64,000 bases of DNA, taken from NCBI GenBank assembly GCA_035557715.1, contig DATMDQ010000085.1:1816-65815 (forward strand), written 5' to 3'. The notes beneath the pieces are model-generated. The model saw only the letters and a list, made by a program, of their open reading frames with translations. It ran no database searches and was not told the DNA's origin. This DNA is from Gemmatimonadales bacterium (GTDB lineage: Bacteria; Gemmatimonadota; Gemmatimonadetes; Gemmatimonadales; GWC2-71-9). A program made the position numbers and the translations under genes. Position 1 is the stretch's first letter, and each line of letters begins with the position of its first letter. This document shows, piece by piece, positions 36,568-46,614 of this stretch.

Positions 36568-37187
36568 CTGTCCTCCACCCATGGCGCCAGCATGGAAAGC
36601 GTGGCGGCGGCGGGGTCATCCGCCTGCCAGAGGGCCCGGATGGCGGCCACTCCGTAGGCGCCAGCTGCCTTCAGCTCCGGAACCCGGTCCGGGGTGATGC
36701 CGCCAATACCGATAACGGGCCGGCCGAGCGTCGCCACCTCGCCCAGCACGCTGGTGCCTATCGGGGACCGCCCGGGATGGGTGGGCGTTTGGTAGATGCT
36801 GCCGAGCACCAGGAAATCGGCGCCTTCCTGCACCGCGGTCCTCGCCTCATCGAGGTTGTGAACCGAGCGCCCGATCCAGCCATGGGGCAGAAGTCGCCGG
36901 GCGTCGGCAGGTGATATGTCATCCGCTCCCAATTGGACGCCATGCGCTCCCGTGGCCGCGGCGATATCGGGCCGCCCGCTCACGAAAACCGCCGCTTCGG
37001 GCGGGCGGGCAAGCGCGAGCATCCTCAGTGTGCAGGCTGTCAGGCGATCGCCGGGCCCGTCGCGGTCTCGGGCATACAACGCCACGGCGACCCCTGCGGC
37101 CGCAATCGCCGCCGCCCGGATACCGAAGTCGGCCGCTGACATGATCGCCTGATCGGTGAAAGCGTGGACCCGGGGCAGCGGTCTCAT
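36564..37187 (-). CDS. thiE: Thiamine-phosphate synthase
   Basis: 207 aa. TMP-TENI family blocks (GVQLGADD, LVLGSIYQTPTHPG, IGIGGI). Confidence 0.9.
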   Translation of the reverse strand: MRPLPRVHAFTDQAIMSAADFGIRAAAIAAAGVAVALYARDRDGPGDRLTACTLRMLALARPPEAAVFVSGRPDIAAATGAHGVQLGADDISPADARRLLPHGWIGRSVHNLDEARTAVQEGADFLVLGSIYQTPTHPGRSPIGTSVLGEVATLGRPVIGIGGITPDRVPELKAAGAYGVAAIRALWQADDPAAATLSMLAPWVEDR

Positions 37188-38110
37188 ATGAGCCGCTGGC
37201 CCGCTGTCACCCCTCGACCCCGCAACCAGGCCTCTACCGGTATCCGGGTCTTGCCGGCCGGCTGGACCTCGGACACGGCAACCGCGCCGCTGCCCGCGGC
37301 GATCACCAGACGCCCGGCAGTATCGAGAACGGTTCCCAGCGCTCCCGAGCCCGCCGCCACCTGGGCACCGAAGAGCTTTAGTGTATTCCCATCGAGTTCG
37401 GTCCAGGCACCCGGTGCCGGGTCGAAGGCACGGATCTGCCGCACCAACGCGGCCGAATCCCTTTGCCAGTCGATGTGAGCCTGCTCGCGGTCGAGCTTGG
37501 GAGCGTAAGTGGCGTGGGTGTGGTCCTGCGGCGCGGGGCGGGCGGCCCCGCCGGAGCGAAGAGAAATCGCCTCGACCAGGGCGGCCGCGCCAATCTCGGC
37601 CAGCCGACCGGCCAGCTGGCCCGCGGTCTCCTCGGGGCCGATCGCTGTCACCACCTGATGCAGCACCGGTCCGCTGTCGAGGCCCTCCTCCATCTGCATG
37701 ATGCTGATACCGGTCTCCCGATCGCCAGCGAGGATGGCGTGCTGAATCGGCGCCGCGCCGCGATGGCGGGGAAGCAGAGAGGCGTGGACGTTGATCATGC
37801 CGCGGGGCGGAACCGACAAGACGTCGGGCCGGAGAATGTGCCCGTATGCCACCACGACGCCGAGGTCGGGCTCGAGGCGCCGGAGGCTGGCGGCGAAGAC
37901 ATCGCCCACCGGCCGCACTGGCTGGAGAACCGGGATCCCCGCGGCCAGGGCGGCGACTTTGACGGGAGGAGGAATCAGCTCGGAGCGGGACCGGCCCTGC
38001 GGCTTATCCGGCTGGGTGACCACACCGGCCACGGTGAAGCGGTCGTGCAGCAGCGACTGCAACGACGCTACGGCGAAGACCGGTGTTCCGAAAAAGACGA
38101 TCCTCATCAC
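37184..38110 (-). CDS. fmt: Methionyl-tRNA formyltransferase
   Basis: MRIVFFGTP...NVHASLLPRHRGAAPIQ blocks. 4-nt overlaps with def and thiE. Confidence 0.93.
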   Translation of the reverse strand: MMRIVFFGTPVFAVASLQSLLHDRFTVAGVVTQPDKPQGRSRSELIPPPVKVAALAAGIPVLQPVRPVGDVFAASLRRLEPDLGVVVAYGHILRPDVLSVPPRGMINVHASLLPRHRGAAPIQHAILAGDRETGISIMQMEEGLDSGPVLHQVVTAIGPEETAGQLAGRLAEIGAAALVEAISLRSGGAARPAPQDHTHATYAPKLDREQAHIDWQRDSAALVRQIRAFDPAPGAWTELDGNTLKLFGAQVAAGSGALGTVLDTAGRLVIAAGSGAVAVSEVQPAGKTRIPVEAWLRGRGVTAGQRLI

Positions 38111-38643
38111 TCGGACCCGGCAGACGCCGCCTGGACCTCCTTGGTGTAGCCGGTGTCATCCTTGTGCTCGCGACGCCAGCGCGAGAGCAGCATGCCACGC
38201 TTGAGCAGGCTCAGATGGTCGAGGAAAATGATGCCGTCGAGATGGTCTATCTCGTGCTGGATCGCACGGGCCTTGAGCCCCGTCGCCTCTTTCTTGTAGC
38301 GGGCCCCTTCCTGATCCAGCGCCTCGATGACCACTCGTTCCGGCCGGGTCACATCTCCGTAGATGTCCGGAATCGAGAGGCACCCCTCTTCGGCGGTAGC
38401 GCGGCCTTCGGTCTCGACAATGATCGGGTCGATCATGACGAATCGGTCTCCGTCCGCGTCCACCACCGCTACCCGGCGCGCAACGCCGACCTGGTTGGCG
38501 GCAAGCCCGACTCCCTTGGCGGCGTCCATGGTCTCAAACAGGTCGGCAATCAGCCGGCGGACCTCGTCATCAATGGTCTTCACCTCGGCGCTATGCTGCC
38601 GGAGTACCGGCGAGCCCAGCAGGTGGAGCGAGCGCAGACTCAT
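38107..38643 (-). CDS. def: Peptide deformylase
   Basis: GVGLAANQ, EGCLS and QHEIDHL metal-binding motifs are all present. Confidence 0.95.
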   Translation of the reverse strand: MSLRSLHLLGSPVLRQHSAEVKTIDDEVRRLIADLFETMDAAKGVGLAANQVGVARRVAVVDADGDRFVMIDPIIVETEGRATAEEGCLSIPDIYGDVTRPERVVIEALDQEGARYKKEATGLKARAIQHEIDHLDGIIFLDHLSLLKRGMLLSRWRREHKDDTGYTKEVQAASAGSE

Positions 38644-38996
38644 GCCGGCGTTGTACCCGACGGGGTCGAGTTACCCACCCGGATGATCCGCGAGCGCTCA
38701 ACCACCACGCTGGCGGTCCCGCTCTCCACTGTGACCCGCACCTCCTTGGCGCCCTCGTTCTCGACTTCCTTGATGTCCTTGACCCGGCCGATGATCCCTC
38801 CGCCGGTCATCACCTCATCTCCCTTCTTGAGCTTGGCCAGCAGCGCCGCGTGCCGCTTCCGGGCTTGTCCCGAAGGACGCAGGATGAGGAAATAGAAGAC
38901 CAGGCCGATGGCGGCCATCTGGAGGACCAGGACCGAAAGCCCCCCGGTGCTGCTGCTCTGTCCCTGGATCAAAACTGCCAGAAATGACGGGTTCAC
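38640..38996 (-). CDS. yajC: Preprotein translocase subunit YajC
   Basis: One TM segment, then KLKKGDEVMTGGGIIGRV, the typical YajC core. Positioned after tgt, as in many bacteria. Confidence 0.88.
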   Translation of the reverse strand: MNPSFLAVLIQGQSSSTGGLSVLVLQMAAIGLVFYFLILRPSGQARKRHAALLAKLKKGDEVMTGGGIIGRVKDIKEVENEGAKEVRVTVESGTASVVVERSRIIRVGNSTPSGTTPA

Positions 38997-39002
38997 GGTG
39001 CC

Positions 39003-40698
<1,696 letters not shown>

Positions 40699-40708
40699 CG
40701 TCTCCAGG

Positions 40709-41842
40709 TCACAGGATCACCATGGCGTCGCCATAGGAGTAGAACCGGTAGCGTTGGGCCACGGCATAGCGATACGCGGCCAGGGTGAGCTCGTGACCGG
40801 CGAAGGCACTCACCAGCATCAGCAACGTCGACCGGGGAAGGTGAAAGTTGGTCACCAGCCGGTCCACCACTTGAAAGTTGTATCCCGGTGTGATCATCAG
40901 GCTGGTCTCGGATCGCCCCGCGGCGATGGTACCGCCTTCCCGGGCGGCGCTTTCGAGGGCCCGCGCTACCGTCGTGCCGACCGCCCATACCCGGCCTCCG
41001 TCCTCCCGAACCCGCTCTACCAGGGCGGCCAGGCGAGGAGGGATCTCATATGCCTCGGGATGCATCGCATGCCGGGACGGATCCTCGACCTCCACCGGCT
41101 TGAAGGTGCCGGGGCCAATCTCCAGATCGAGCCCCGCCACAACTACGCCGGCCGCGGAGAGGCTGTCCAGCAAGCCGGTAGTGAAGTGAAGGCCCGCCGT
41201 TGGAGCAGCCACGCTCCCCTCCACTCGGGCGTAGACCGTCTGGTAGCGGGACTCGTCGAGCTCGGTGGGAGACCGGTTGATGTAAGGCGGAAGCGGCAGC
41301 TGGCCATACTGCTTGATAGCATCCTCCGCGGTTATCCCGAGAAAGCGTACCAGCCGGTTGCCATCGGGCAGGACCTCCACGGTCTCGATCCAGGCGTCGG
41401 GGGCGAGCTCGATCCGCTTGCCGGGTTGGAGTGCCGTCCCGGGCTTACCCATGGCGATCCAGGTGTCCGCGGCTCCCGGGTGAATCAGGAGAACTTCGGC
41501 TGCCGCACCGGAGGATCGCTTGCCGAGCAGTCGGGCGTGGCGGACCTTGGTGGTGTTCAGAACCAGGAGATCGCCCGGAGGGATGAGCGAAGGCAGCTCG
41601 GTGAAGAGCGAGTCCACTAACGCGGATGCCCCGACCGGGGTCCGCTCCCCCAGCAGGCTCACCCGGCGTGGCAGCACGCCCACCCTGGGGGCGTGTCGCC
41701 GGTCGTTCGGCCCCACTCGCCGGTCGTTCCGCAGCAGGACCAGGAGTCTGCTTCCGGTCCGATCGGTCAACGGCTCCTGGGCGATGAGTTCGGACGGAAG
41801 CTCGTATTCGAAGTCGGTCGTGCGGAGCAGGTCAGGCGTCAA
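40709..41842 (-). CDS. queA: S-adenosylmethionine:tRNA ribosyltransferase-isomerase
   Basis: [18 protein letters not shown]-terminus and [15 protein letters not shown] near the C-terminus. No ATG is nearby. TTG 41842 is proposed (aa 53 of ORF 40709..41998), overlapping the ruvB 3' end by 11 nt. The start is uncertain. Confidence 0.88.
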   Translation of the reverse strand: MTPDLLRTTDFEYELPSELIAQEPLTDRTGSRLLVLLRNDRRVGPNDRRHAPRVGVLPRRVSLLGERTPVGASALVDSLFTELPSLIPPGDLLVLNTTKVRHARLLGKRSSGAAAEVLLIHPGAADTWIAMGKPGTALQPGKRIELAPDAWIETVEVLPDGNRLVRFLGITAEDAIKQYGQLPLPPYINRSPTELDESRYQTVYARVEGSVAAPTAGLHFTTGLLDSLSAAGVVVAGLDLEIGPGTFKPVEVEDPSRHAMHPEAYEIPPRLAALVERVREDGGRVWAVGTTVARALESAAREGGTIAAGRSETSLMITPGYNFQVVDRLVTNFHLPRSTLLMLVSAFAGHELTLAAYRYAVAQRYRFYSYGDAMVIL

Positions 41843-42857
41843 AGATCGTTGCCTGCCCGGGCGGGGGTGTAAGGCCAAAACGTCGGTAGGCGAGCGCTGT
41901 GGCGCAGCGCCCACGCTGGGTCCGCTCCAGAAACCCTTGCTGGATGAGGTACGGCTCGTAGACGTCCTGGAGCGTGCCGGCATCCTCACCGACGGCAACC
42001 GCTACGGTGCCGAGTCCGACCGGACCGCCACCGAACTTCTCGATGATGGTGGTGAGGATCCGGGCATCCATATCGTCCAGACCAAACTCGTCCACGTTGA
42101 GCCTGCCGAGCGCCGCATCGGCGACTGCTCCGGAGATTCGACCATCCGCCTTGACCTCGGCGTAGTCGCGGACCCGGCGCAGCAGCCGGTTGGCAACCCG
42201 TGGGGTTCCCCGGCTGCGTCGCGCAATTTCCGCGGTCCCTTCCACCTCGACCGGCACGCCGAGTATGCCGGCTGAGCGGGTCACGATGCGCTGGAGATCG
42301 TCCGCCGGGTAGAAGCCCAGCCGCTCGACGATGCCGAAGCGCGCCCGCATCGGCGGTGTCAGGAGGCCGAACCGGGTGGTCGCCCCGATGAGGGTGAACT
42401 TCTCCAGCGTCATCGGGATGGTCTGGGCATTGGGCCCATCCCCGATCCGCACGTCAATGCGGAAGTCCTCCATGGCGGAGTAGAGGAACTCCTCCAGCGC
42501 CGGCTTCATCCGGTGGATCTCATCGATGAACAGCATGTCGCCCGCCTTGAGCGACGTGAGCAGGCCGACGAGATCACCCGGCTTCTCCAGGACGGGGCCC
42601 GAGGTGGTGCGAAGCTGAACCCCCATCTCCCGAGCCATGAGCATCGCGAGTGTGGTCTTTCCTAAACCCGGCGGGCCGAAGAACAAGGTGTGGTCGAGCG
42701 TTTCCCGCCTGGCCCTCGCGGCATCGATGGCAATCTGCAGGGAAGCTTTGACCTGGCTCTGGCCGACGAACTCGTCCAGCCGGGAAGGCCTGAGCGCCGC
42801 ATCGGCGCTGGTCTCCTCGGGGAGGGCTTCGGGGGTCGTTACCTGGAGTCGGGTCAT
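41832..42857 (-). CDS. ruvB: Holliday junction branch migration helicase RuvB
   Basis: [12 protein letters not shown]...[11 protein letters not shown]...FIDEIHR blocks. Confidence 0.95.
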   Translation of the reverse strand: MTRLQVTTPEALPEETSADAALRPSRLDEFVGQSQVKASLQIAIDAARARRETLDHTLFFGPPGLGKTTLAMLMAREMGVQLRTTSGPVLEKPGDLVGLLTSLKAGDMLFIDEIHRMKPALEEFLYSAMEDFRIDVRIGDGPNAQTIPMTLEKFTLIGATTRFGLLTPPMRARFGIVERLGFYPADDLQRIVTRSAGILGVPVEVEGTAEIARRSRGTPRVANRLLRRVRDYAEVKADGRISGAVADAALGRLNVDEFGLDDMDARILTTIIEKFGGGPVGLGTVAVAVGEDAGTLQDVYEPYLIQQGFLERTQRGRCATALAYRRFGLTPPPGQATIFDA

Positions 42858-42864
42858 GCTAGAA

Positions 42865-43002
42865 GGTAAGGGAAGGACGGGAAGGACGGGAAGGACGGAA
42901 GGGGCGGGGAAAAAATACCGATGTCATCCTGAGCGGAGCGAAGGATCTAGCCGGCGAGTGCGTTCCTTCCCATCCTTCCCCTCCTTCCCCATCCTTCCCG
43001 TC
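42865..43002. repeat. Tandem 9-mer palindrome with a distinct central core (GGTAAG GGGAAGGAC x3 GGAAGGGGCGGGG ... GTCATCCTGAGCGGAGCGAAGGATC ... TTCCTTCCCATCCTTCCCCTCCTTCCCCATCCTTCCCGTC)
   Basis: Read directly from the sequence. It fills the 143-nt spacer between the small zinc-ribbon ORF and the ruvB start, with the G-arm beginning 7 nt from the ruvB ATG. The unit is the same as at 13114-13149. Confidence 0.9.
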
Positions 43003-43177
43003 ATTTCTCGAGCCGGGCCTTCCACCGCACCGGGCGCGCATCCGGTTCCACGATGTGGCGAGCATGGCAGGTGACGCATCGGTCATTCGTCTGCCGGGTG
43101 CTGAGAGCTACCAGCTTGCGGTTGGTGGCGCCGCAGCGGATGCAGTTCCATTCGGCCGTGGTGGCGGCAGTGCTCAT
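43001..43177 (-). CDS. Small zinc-ribbon protein (58 aa) between ruvA and ruvB, not in the ORF track
   Basis: My translation is MSTAATTAEWNCIRCGATNRKLVALSTRQTNDRCVTCHARHIVEPDARPVRWKARLEK (CxxC-x19-CxxC). ATGA overlap with the ruvA stop. GGAGG lies 9 nt upstream. High GC3. Confidence 0.55.
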   Translation of the reverse strand: MSTAATTAEWNCIRCGATNRKLVALSTRQTNDRCVTCHARHIVEPDARPVRWKARLEK

Positions 43178-43779
43178 CGTTCCGTCCCTCCGCGTGTGGC
43201 GGCCAGCTGTTGAAGGGCGCGCCGGATGAGCTGTGGCGTCTCGGCGGGAGTGCCCTCCGCGAGGGCAGCTCGGACAGCATCGTCGGCCGCTGCCACGCCA
43301 TAGCCGAGGCCCATGAGTGCCTGCACCGCTTCTTCCGTTCCGGCGACCCGCGTGCCCGCCGGATCGACTACCACATCGCTGAATCGGTCCTGCAGCTCCA
43401 GCACCAATCGCTCCGCCTTCTTGCGCCCGATGCCACTCACCGAGCTCAAGGCGGCGAGGTCGCGCGCCAGGATGCTGCGGACGGTGCGCTCCGGGCCGAG
43501 CGAGGACAGGAGGGAAAGGGCGAGCTTAGGGCCAAAACCACTGGCCCCGAGAAGGCGCTGAAAGACCTGGCGTTCGATTGCGCTGTCGAAACCGTACAGG
43601 GACCAGCCGTCCTCCTTCACCACCAGCTCGGTGAAGAGGCTGACCCGGGCTCCTCGCTGCGGGAGACGCACGGCTACTCCGACCGGTACGGTCACCAAGT
43701 AGCCTACTCCTCCATCCGTCTGCACGACGAGGGTCTCGCCATGGCGCTCGGCGATGACACCCGTGACGGAGGCTATCAT
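43174..43779 (-). CDS. ruvA: Holliday junction DNA-binding protein RuvA
   Basis: MIASVTGVI...GVGYLV..., HhH motifs (SGIGRKKAERL) and the C-terminal domain III. Confidence 0.93.
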   Translation of the reverse strand: MIASVTGVIAERHGETLVVQTDGGVGYLVTVPVGVAVRLPQRGARVSLFTELVVKEDGWSLYGFDSAIERQVFQRLLGASGFGPKLALSLLSSLGPERTVRSILARDLAALSSVSGIGRKKAERLVLELQDRFSDVVVDPAGTRVAGTEEAVQALMGLGYGVAAADDAVRAALAEGTPAETPQLIRRALQQLAATRGGTER

Positions 43780-44288
43780 CCCCTGCCCGCGATCTGACGG
43801 GCCAGGGCAATCCGGTTCAACGCGATCAGCAGGTGGGTAAGCGCGACCGCCACGCCATCAGCGGCATCGTCCGGGCTGGGCGGCGCCTTGAGCCGCAGCA
43901 GCTGGGCCACCATGTATCCCACCTGAGGCTTCAACGCCGCGCCCCGGCCGACGATGGTTTTCTTGATCAGAGCGGGGGAGTACTCGGCAATCTCGACGCC
44001 GGCCATCTCGGCAGCCAACAGGATCACTCCGCGGGCATGGCTCAGCACCACGGCGGTGCGCACGTTCTTGCCGTAGAACACGCTCTCCACGGCGATCGCC
44101 TCCGGCGCGTGCCGGGCTATGAGCGCGGCAACTCCGTCGTGCAGGACCCGGAGCCGGGCCGGGAGTGGTTCGCGGGCCCTCGTCGTGATCGTCCCACACT
44201 CGACCAACCGAGATTGCCGGGCCGGCCCGCTCTCCACGACCCCGTAGCCCATCACGGCCGTTCCGGGATCGATGCCGAGCACTCTCAA
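43776..44288 (-). CDS. ruvC: Crossover junction endodeoxyribonuclease RuvC
   Basis: MRVLGIDPGTAVMGYGVVE, with the catalytic acidic residues in context. Confidence 0.93.
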   Translation of the reverse strand: MRVLGIDPGTAVMGYGVVESGPARQSRLVECGTITTRAREPLPARLRVLHDGVAALIARHAPEAIAVESVFYGKNVRTAVVLSHARGVILLAAEMAGVEIAEYSPALIKKTIVGRGAALKPQVGYMVAQLLRLKAPPSPDDAADGVAVALTHLLIALNRIALARQIAGRG

Positions 44289-44298
44289 CGGTCCAGCC

Positions 44299-45048
44299 TC
44301 AGGCTTCCGCCTCGGCCAGCTGAGATGCGTCGATGTCGAAGTTGGAAGAAACCTTGGATACGTCTTCGAGCTCCTCCAGTACCTCCATCAGCCGGAGGAT
44401 GCGCTCGGCGTCGGCGCCTTCGACCCGCACGGTATTGCGCGGCACCATGGTGAGCTCGGCCGATTCGACCTGAAAGCCCCGGCTTCGGAGCGCGTCCTGC
44501 ACCGCGTGGAATGTCGAGGGCGTCGTGGTCACAAGGTACTGGTCACCTTCACGGGAGAAGTCTTCGGCGCCGCTGTCGAGGGTGGCCTCGAGCGTGCTGT
44601 CCTCGTCATGCCGCGCCGCGCCCAGATAGATCTGCCCTTTGCGGTCGAACATCCAGGCGACCGAGTTGGTCGCGCCGAGGTTCCCACCGTTCCGGCTGAA
44701 GGCGTGGCGAATCTCCGCCACGGTGCGATTCGGGTTGTCGGTCGTGGCCTCGATGAAGATGGCTGCTCCGCCGGGACCGTAGCCCTCGTAGGTCAGCTCT
44801 TCGTAGACGCTCCCTTCGAGCTCGCCGGTACCTTTCTTGATGCCCCGGTCGATATTCTCGCCCGGCATGTTGACCGCCTTGGCCGCATCGATTGCCGTAC
44901 GCAATCGCGGATTACCGGCAGGGTCACCCCCGCCCGCGCGGGCTGCCACGGTTATTTCCCGAATCACTTTGGTCCAGGACGATGCACGCTTGGCGTCGGT
45001 AATGGCCTTTTTTCGCTTGATCTGCTTCCATTTGCTATGGCCGGCCAT
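44299..45048 (-). CDS. yebC: YebC/PmpR-family transcriptional regulator
   Basis: MAGHSKWKQIKRKKAITDAKR N-terminus. Upstream of ruvC, as in many bacteria. Confidence 0.93.
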   Translation of the reverse strand: MAGHSKWKQIKRKKAITDAKRASSWTKVIREITVAARAGGGDPAGNPRLRTAIDAAKAVNMPGENIDRGIKKGTGELEGSVYEELTYEGYGPGGAAIFIEATTDNPNRTVAEIRHAFSRNGGNLGATNSVAWMFDRKGQIYLGAARHDEDSTLEATLDSGAEDFSREGDQYLVTTTPSTFHAVQDALRSRGFQVESAELTMVPRNTVRVEGADAERILRLMEVLEELEDVSKVSSNFDIDASQLAEAEA

Positions 45049-45168
45049 GGCCGAGCTCCTTCATCAACGTGAGGTTTGTAAGGTGATGCGGGATTCCGTG
45101 CGGTCTACGGAAACATAAGGGCCGCACCCGCTTGCGGCAACGCACCGGGCCCACTAAGCTCACCGTCT

Positions 45169-45633
45169 ATGTCATACCGAATACGTCTTTTATGCCTGGC
45201 CCTCGCTCTGTTGGTCGGGTGCCGTTCGGAAGCCCCGGCGCCCCCCAAGAGCCCCGACGCATTCGCCGTGTTTCCACAGCTCCCTCTGCCACCCGACGCC
45301 AAGATGGTGTCACGCGCGGGAAGCGCGGACGCGCTGCAGCTCACCATGTTCACCCCCGGTAAGGCCGACGCGGTCACGGACTATTATCGGAACCAGTTGA
45401 GCACTGGAAAGTGGCGGCTGGTGGGAGACGTAAAGAAATCGGATGGGTCTGTGGCGCTCTATGCCGAGCGGGACGGCCGTCCGATCTGGGTGCGAATCTG
45501 GCCTACCAGCGACAGCGCAGGCACGATGGTCGAGCTGGCTGGCGCCGTGGTTGGGAAGGGGACCGGGAAAACAATGGGGACGGACTCGGCCGCTCCATCT
45601 GGAGCAAGGACCGCTCCCAAGCCGAGCAAGTAG
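45169..45633 (+). CDS. Hypothetical lipoprotein
   Basis: Signal peptide plus lipobox (LLCLALALLVGC). 154 aa with no recognisable domain. Confidence 0.6.
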   Translation: MSYRIRLLCLALALLVGCRSEAPAPPKSPDAFAVFPQLPLPPDAKMVSRAGSADALQLTMFTPGKADAVTDYYRNQLSTGKWRLVGDVKKSDGSVALYAERDGRPIWVRIWPTSDSAGTMVELAGAVVGKGTGKTMGTDSAAPSGARTAPKPSK

Positions 45634-45636
45634 GCG

Positions 45637-46512
45637 TCAATCCGCGTCCAGCATGTCGACAAACCGTAACCAGCGGGGATAAAAATACAGGTCCACGAAT
45701 CCCGTGGGCCCGTTGCGGTTCTTGGCCAGAATCAGCTCGGTAGCGCCCTCGACTCCCTGCGCCGGGCGGTACATCTCCTCCCGATAAATGGTCAAAATCA
45801 CATCCGCACTCTGTTTGATGGCGCCCAGCGACCCGAGATCGTCGAGCGTTGGTCTAGGATCGGGACGGTTGGCCCGGAGGTAGGGCAGCTGTGCGATCAC
45901 CAGCACGGCCAGATCTCGCGCTAACGCGAGTGCCTTGAGTGCGCGCACGGCCAGAGCCACTCTTTCTTCCAAACGAGCCGCGGAGCGCGGAGGAGTGGTG
46001 AGCTGGAGCGAGTCGACGATCAGTAGCCGGCGCGGCGGAACGATGTCGAGCGCGTCGCTCACTTCCGCGAAGTCGGCGCCGAGGAGCGGTTTCACCAGCA
46101 GGGGGACGCCACGCAGGCGGACTGCCGCCGCGCCGACGGCGGCTCGGGCCGCATCATCGAGACGACCCTGGCGGAGATCGTCGACCGCCACCCGCGACTC
46201 CAGGGCGAGCGCCCGTTCCATGACCCGCTCCGGGCCCATTTCCCCAGAGAAGTACAGCGTGGGCGTGCCGGCGCTCGCGGCCCGGATTGCGATGCCCAGG
46301 GCCAAGGCCGACTTCCCGCTCCCAACGTCGCCGGCCAGAACCACCAGGTCCCGACGTCGCAGTCCGCCAGCCAACAGACGATCGAGGGAAGCGAACCCGG
46401 TCGGGACCGTGTCACCGTCCGGTGTACCGCCTAGGCGGTCGTCGATCTTCCCCACCAGTTTCTCAAGGATGGAAACAGGAGCTCGGTCGGTCTTCTTGGA
46501 GAGACGCGGCAT
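45637..46512 (-). CDS. DnaB-like helicase C-terminal (RecA-fold) domain protein lacking the N-terminal domain
   Basis: Starts at the position of the DnaB linker helix (VSILEKLVGKIDDRLGG...TGFASLDRLL). Has Walker A GDVGSGKS, Walker B LLIVDSLQL, and the DnaB-type C-terminal block ELILAKNRNGPTGFVDLYF. Only 291 aa. Confidence 0.8.
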   Translation of the reverse strand: MPRLSKKTDRAPVSILEKLVGKIDDRLGGTPDGDTVPTGFASLDRLLAGGLRRRDLVVLAGDVGSGKSALALGIAIRAASAGTPTLYFSGEMGPERVMERALALESRVAVDDLRQGRLDDAARAAVGAAAVRLRGVPLLVKPLLGADFAEVSDALDIVPPRRLLIVDSLQLTTPPRSAARLEERVALAVRALKALALARDLAVLVIAQLPYLRANRPDPRPTLDDLGSLGAIKQSADVILTIYREEMYRPAQGVEGATELILAKNRNGPTGFVDLYFYPRWLRFVDMLDAD

Positions 46513-46520
46513 GGCAAAGT

Positions 46521-46614
46521 ATAAGCGGGGAAGCGGGGAAGCAGGGAAGCGGGGAAGGGGAAGCGGTGACCGTTTCTACTTTCCTTCCCCCCGCCTCCCC
46601 GCTTCCCCGCTTAT
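46521..46614. repeat. Tandem 8-mer palindrome (AAGCGGGG units) with a perfect 19-bp outer stem
   Basis: ATAAGCGGGGAAGCGGGGA (46521-46539) pairs with TCCCCGCTTCCCCGCTTAT (46596-46614). The G-arm begins 8 nt from the dnaB-like ATG. The C-arm encodes the last residues of the upstream ORF. Confidence 0.92.

Noticed and set aside
43083-43301. Listed 72-aa ORF overlapping the ruvA 3' end
   Set aside because: It overlaps ruvA in another frame and has no features. The 58-aa zinc-ribbon frame, coupled to the ruvA stop, is the better candidate for this spacer.
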